A stretch of 64,000 bases of DNA from Desulfurivibrionaceae bacterium (GTDB taxonomy: Bacteria; Desulfobacterota; Desulfobulbia; Desulfobulbales; SURF-16): the NCBI GenBank assembly GCA_031581485.1, contig JAVLBA010000001.1, positions 26,440 to 90,439 of the forward strand, given 5' to 3'. The stretch's first letter is position 1; each line of letters begins with the position of its first letter. Under the pieces are notes generated by a model. That model was given only the letters and a program-made list of their open reading frames with translations. It was not told the DNA's origin and did not search any database. Below are positions 61,391-64,000 of the stretch, piece by piece. The translations under genes were made by a program, and so were the position numbers.

Positions 61391-63637
61391 ATGCAAGAAA
61401 TACGAAAGCGATTGCTGAAAATTGATGAGAGAATCAATTACCTCATCCAGGTCAAGGGTTCTGCGGTCTGGGACAATGTGGACAGCCTGCAGGAACGGTA
61501 TGTTGCTGTGCGTGATTCCCTTTTTGATCTCAGGCCCGAGATCCTGCGCGCCAAGATTGATGGTTTTGAGGATGAATTGACCTTCCTTGAGGAGCGGGCC
61601 GAAAAAAGCCTCACCAGCATGGATCGGGTCCGTATTGTCCGCAGCCCCCTGCGCTTTTCCCTGCAGGATATCCTGGAAAACGTCTATGACGATTTCACGG
61701 AACTGGGCGGCGAGGAGGAAGCCTCCATTGATCCCTCCATGGTATGTGCCAAGGCCACTATTTCCGCGCAGATCAAGGGGAAAAGTGTGACCCAGCAGGT
61801 CATGGTCATCGGTCACGAAAAGGGGCATGGCGAGGAGTACCGCAATGGCGGCTGCAGTAAGCCGTGGGGCAATGAAAAGGCCCTGCGTTTCATGCATGTG
61901 GCCCAGACCGAAGGCATCCCCATCCATTCCTATATTTTTACCCCTGGTTCCTTTCCTATTGAGGATTATCCCGGGGCCGGCCAGCAGATTGCCCGCAATA
62001 TCTTTGCCATGACCAAACTCACGGTGCCCATTATCTCCCTGATTTCCGAGGGTGGTTCCGGCGGGGCCGAGGCCATTGGTCTTTCCGATTACCGGCTGAT
62101 GTTTTCCCACGGCTACTACTCGGTCATCTCTCCGGAGGGGGCCGCCGCCATTGAGGGCAAGGTCCGCGAAGGGGAAAAGGTGCAGCCGGAAATGGTGGAG
62201 GCCTGCGCTGATCGATTGAAGATTACGGCCCGGGATAATCTGTATCTGCGCACCATTGATCGGATTATTGACGAGCCGCGTCTGGGGGCCAAGCATGATG
62301 ATTTTGCCTTTTTCAAACGTGTCAAGTTTGAGATGATCCGGGCCACGGACGAAGTTGTGCTGAAGACCAAGAGTCTGCGGGCCTTCCGGGCCTATGAACT
62401 GAGTGTCAAACGCTCGGCAGATGAGGATTCCCTTGATCAGCATATTGACGTGTCCTGGGATCTCAACCCTGACGAGATCAAGCGCCTGCTGGAGCTCAGG
62501 TCCAAGAAATATCGCGAGATGGCCTGTCATGGCCTCTGTAAGAAGCAGAGCCTGCTCGGCACCCTGGCCCGACGCATGCGCTGGAAGACCAACCAGTATC
62601 TCTACAATTTCCGCTATGACCTTGTGCACAGTCACAGCAAACAGGTCAAGCAGGTCATGCGTGATGTGTCCGGCGAAAGCACGGCGGTTATCAAGCAGGT
62701 GGCCGGTCCCCTGGCCGGGGTGTTGGGTCTTTTTTCCCGCAAGAACCGCGGTAAGGAGTTGAAGGCCCTTGTTCCCTCTGCGGAGCGGGAAGAGCTTGAT
62801 GATGACACCTATACCAGTCCCCTGGCCAATGAGGACCGCACCGTAACCTGCCCCAATGCAGAACATTCCGGCTGTAAGGACTTGTGGGTGCCTGATCTCT
62901 ATGGGCAATTCGGCGGGGTCTGTGAAACCTGCGGCCATCATTTTCCCCTGGAATATCAGTGGTATCTGAAGAATCTTTTTGATCGGGATTCCATTCGTGA
63001 ATTCAACGAGGATATTGCGGCCGGCAATCCCTTGGGCTCTCCCGGCTTTGAGAAACGGCTGCAGGATGCCATTAAAAAAACAGGGCGGCGCAGTTCCATG
63101 ATTACCTTTGACGCCCGGGTCATGGGGGTTGAGGTGGTGGTGGCCATGCTCTACTCCAATTTCCGGAACGGCACGGTGGGTTCTGCCGAAGGCGAAAAAT
63201 TTGTCCAGGCTGCGGAACGGGCGCGCATGATGCGGCGGCCCCTGCTCTCTTATGTCCATACCACGGGCGGCATCCGGATTCAGGAGGGCACCCTGGGGGT
63301 TACCCAGATGCCCAAATGCACCATGGCGGTGCGTGAATATGTGGATGCAGGCGGCCTCTACATTGTGGTCTATGACAATAATTCCTATGCCGGGCCGGTG
63401 GCGAGTTTTCTGGGCTGCTCCCATTATCAGTTTGCCATCCGCTCCAGCCGCATCGGCTTTGCCGGCCCCCGGGTTATCCGCGACACCACGGGTGAGGAAA
63501 TTCCGCCTGATTACCACAGTGCCCGCAATGCCCTCAAAAGGGGCCATATCCACGGGATCTGGGATCGCCGGGAATTCCGTAACAACCTGTACAAGTCGCT
63601 CATGACCATGGGCGGCAAGAGCCTCTATTACCGGTAG
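61391..63637 (+). CDS. accA-accD: acetyl-CoA carboxylase carboxyltransferase, fused alpha+beta subunits
   Basis: AccA-like EGGSGGA and YSVISPEGAAAI; then AccD-like Zn ribbon CPN..C...CETCGHH, GGIRIQEG, IGFAGPRVI. Confidence 0.88.
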   Translation: MQEIRKRLLKIDERINYLIQVKGSAVWDNVDSLQERYVAVRDSLFDLRPEILRAKIDGFEDELTFLEERAEKSLTSMDRVRIVRSPLRFSLQDILENVYDDFTELGGEEEASIDPSMVCAKATISAQIKGKSVTQQVMVIGHEKGHGEEYRNGGCSKPWGNEKALRFMHVAQTEGIPIHSYIFTPGSFPIEDYPGAGQQIARNIFAMTKLTVPIISLISEGGSGGAEAIGLSDYRLMFSHGYYSVISPEGAAAIEGKVREGEKVQPEMVEACADRLKITARDNLYLRTIDRIIDEPRLGAKHDDFAFFKRVKFEMIRATDEVVLKTKSLRAFRAYELSVKRSADEDSLDQHIDVSWDLNPDEIKRLLELRSKKYREMACHGLCKKQSLLGTLARRMRWKTNQYLYNFRYDLVHSHSKQVKQVMRDVSGESTAVIKQVAGPLAGVLGLFSRKNRGKELKALVPSAEREELDDDTYTSPLANEDRTVTCPNAEHSGCKDLWVPDLYGQFGGVCETCGHHFPLEYQWYLKNLFDRDSIREFNEDIAAGNPLGSPGFEKRLQDAIKKTGRRSSMITFDARVMGVEVVVAMLYSNFRNGTVGSAEGEKFVQAAERARMMRRPLLSYVHTTGGIRIQEGTLGVTQMPKCTMAVREYVDAGGLYIVVYDNNSYAGPVASFLGCSHYQFAIRSSRIGFAGPRVIRDTTGEEIPPDYHSARNALKRGHIHGIWDRREFRNNLYKSLMTMGGKSLYYR

Positions 63638-63663
63638 TAAGGGCCTTTTTCTAGGTTATATCA

Positions 63664-64000
63664 ATGCAAAATGAAATAGATTACGATGCCATATTGAGTC
63701 AGTACCGGCAGGATCCTTTTGCCTATGTGGATATCCACACCAAGCACACCGGCGTCATCCATTTTCATGTCCCTGAAAATGGCAAGGTGGAGGGGCCCAC
63801 TGGCGAGTATCACCAGATCAAGGGGACCCTGCTCTTTGAACTGACCCGCGAGCGCAATAAAAAACCGATCTGTTCAGCCACCAACGGCGAGGTTTCCTTT
63901 CTGCGTGCCGAACTGGAGGGTCAATTTGTGGAGGCGGGGGAGAAAATCATGACCATCCGTCATCCCCTGAAGAAGAGGGAGATTATCGAACGTATCCTCC
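63664..64000 (+). CDS. probable biotin/lipoyl attachment-domain protein, truncated by window end
   Basis: Open frame MQNEIDYD...GQFVEAGEKIMTI running off the window; lipoyl/biotinyl-like hairpins; acc context. Confidence 0.6.
   Translation, partial: MQNEIDYDAILSQYRQDPFAYVDIHTKHTGVIHFHVPENGKVEGPTGEYHQIKGTLLFELTRERNKKPICSATNGEVSFLRAELEGQFVEAGEKIMTIRHPLKKREIIERIL

Overview
GC-rich bacterial chromosome segment. The proteins resemble Desulfobacterota, probably Desulfobulbales-like (an impression from the sequences, not a search result). Core genes flank the window: cdaA-cdaR-glmM-tlyA, rpsT, trpEGDCF, rpoE/anti-sigma/degQ, thiL, uvrB on the left; adk, fapA, corC-lnt-prfB-FeS-dsbA-phoH-ybeY/pdxJ and an acetyl-CoA carboxylase cluster on the right. 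Between them lies a roughly 24 kb accessory block (about 22.3-46.5 kb). Its most striking part (24.0-35.8 kb) encodes a Cyc2-like monoheme cytochrome-porin, a periplasmic cupredoxin, a CuA domain fused to a NapH/NosR-type membrane polyferredoxin and a CuA-cytochrome c protein. These sit inside a NosL x2 / MacB-type ABC / DUF2318 cluster, and neither nosZ nor an oxidase subunit I is present in the window. I infer a candidate copper-based electron conduit from the outer membrane to the quinone pool. A TonB-dependent uptake operon converges on it. Other notable items: a UxxC DsbA-like selenoprotein split by the ORF caller, the prfB +1 frameshift, a YbeY-PdxJ fusion with an internal RBS, a degenerate PTS enzyme I lacking its HPr-binding domain, and a chromosomal Twinkle/T7 gp4-like primase-helicase. 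No tRNA, rRNA, CRISPR array, integrase or transposase was recognised.
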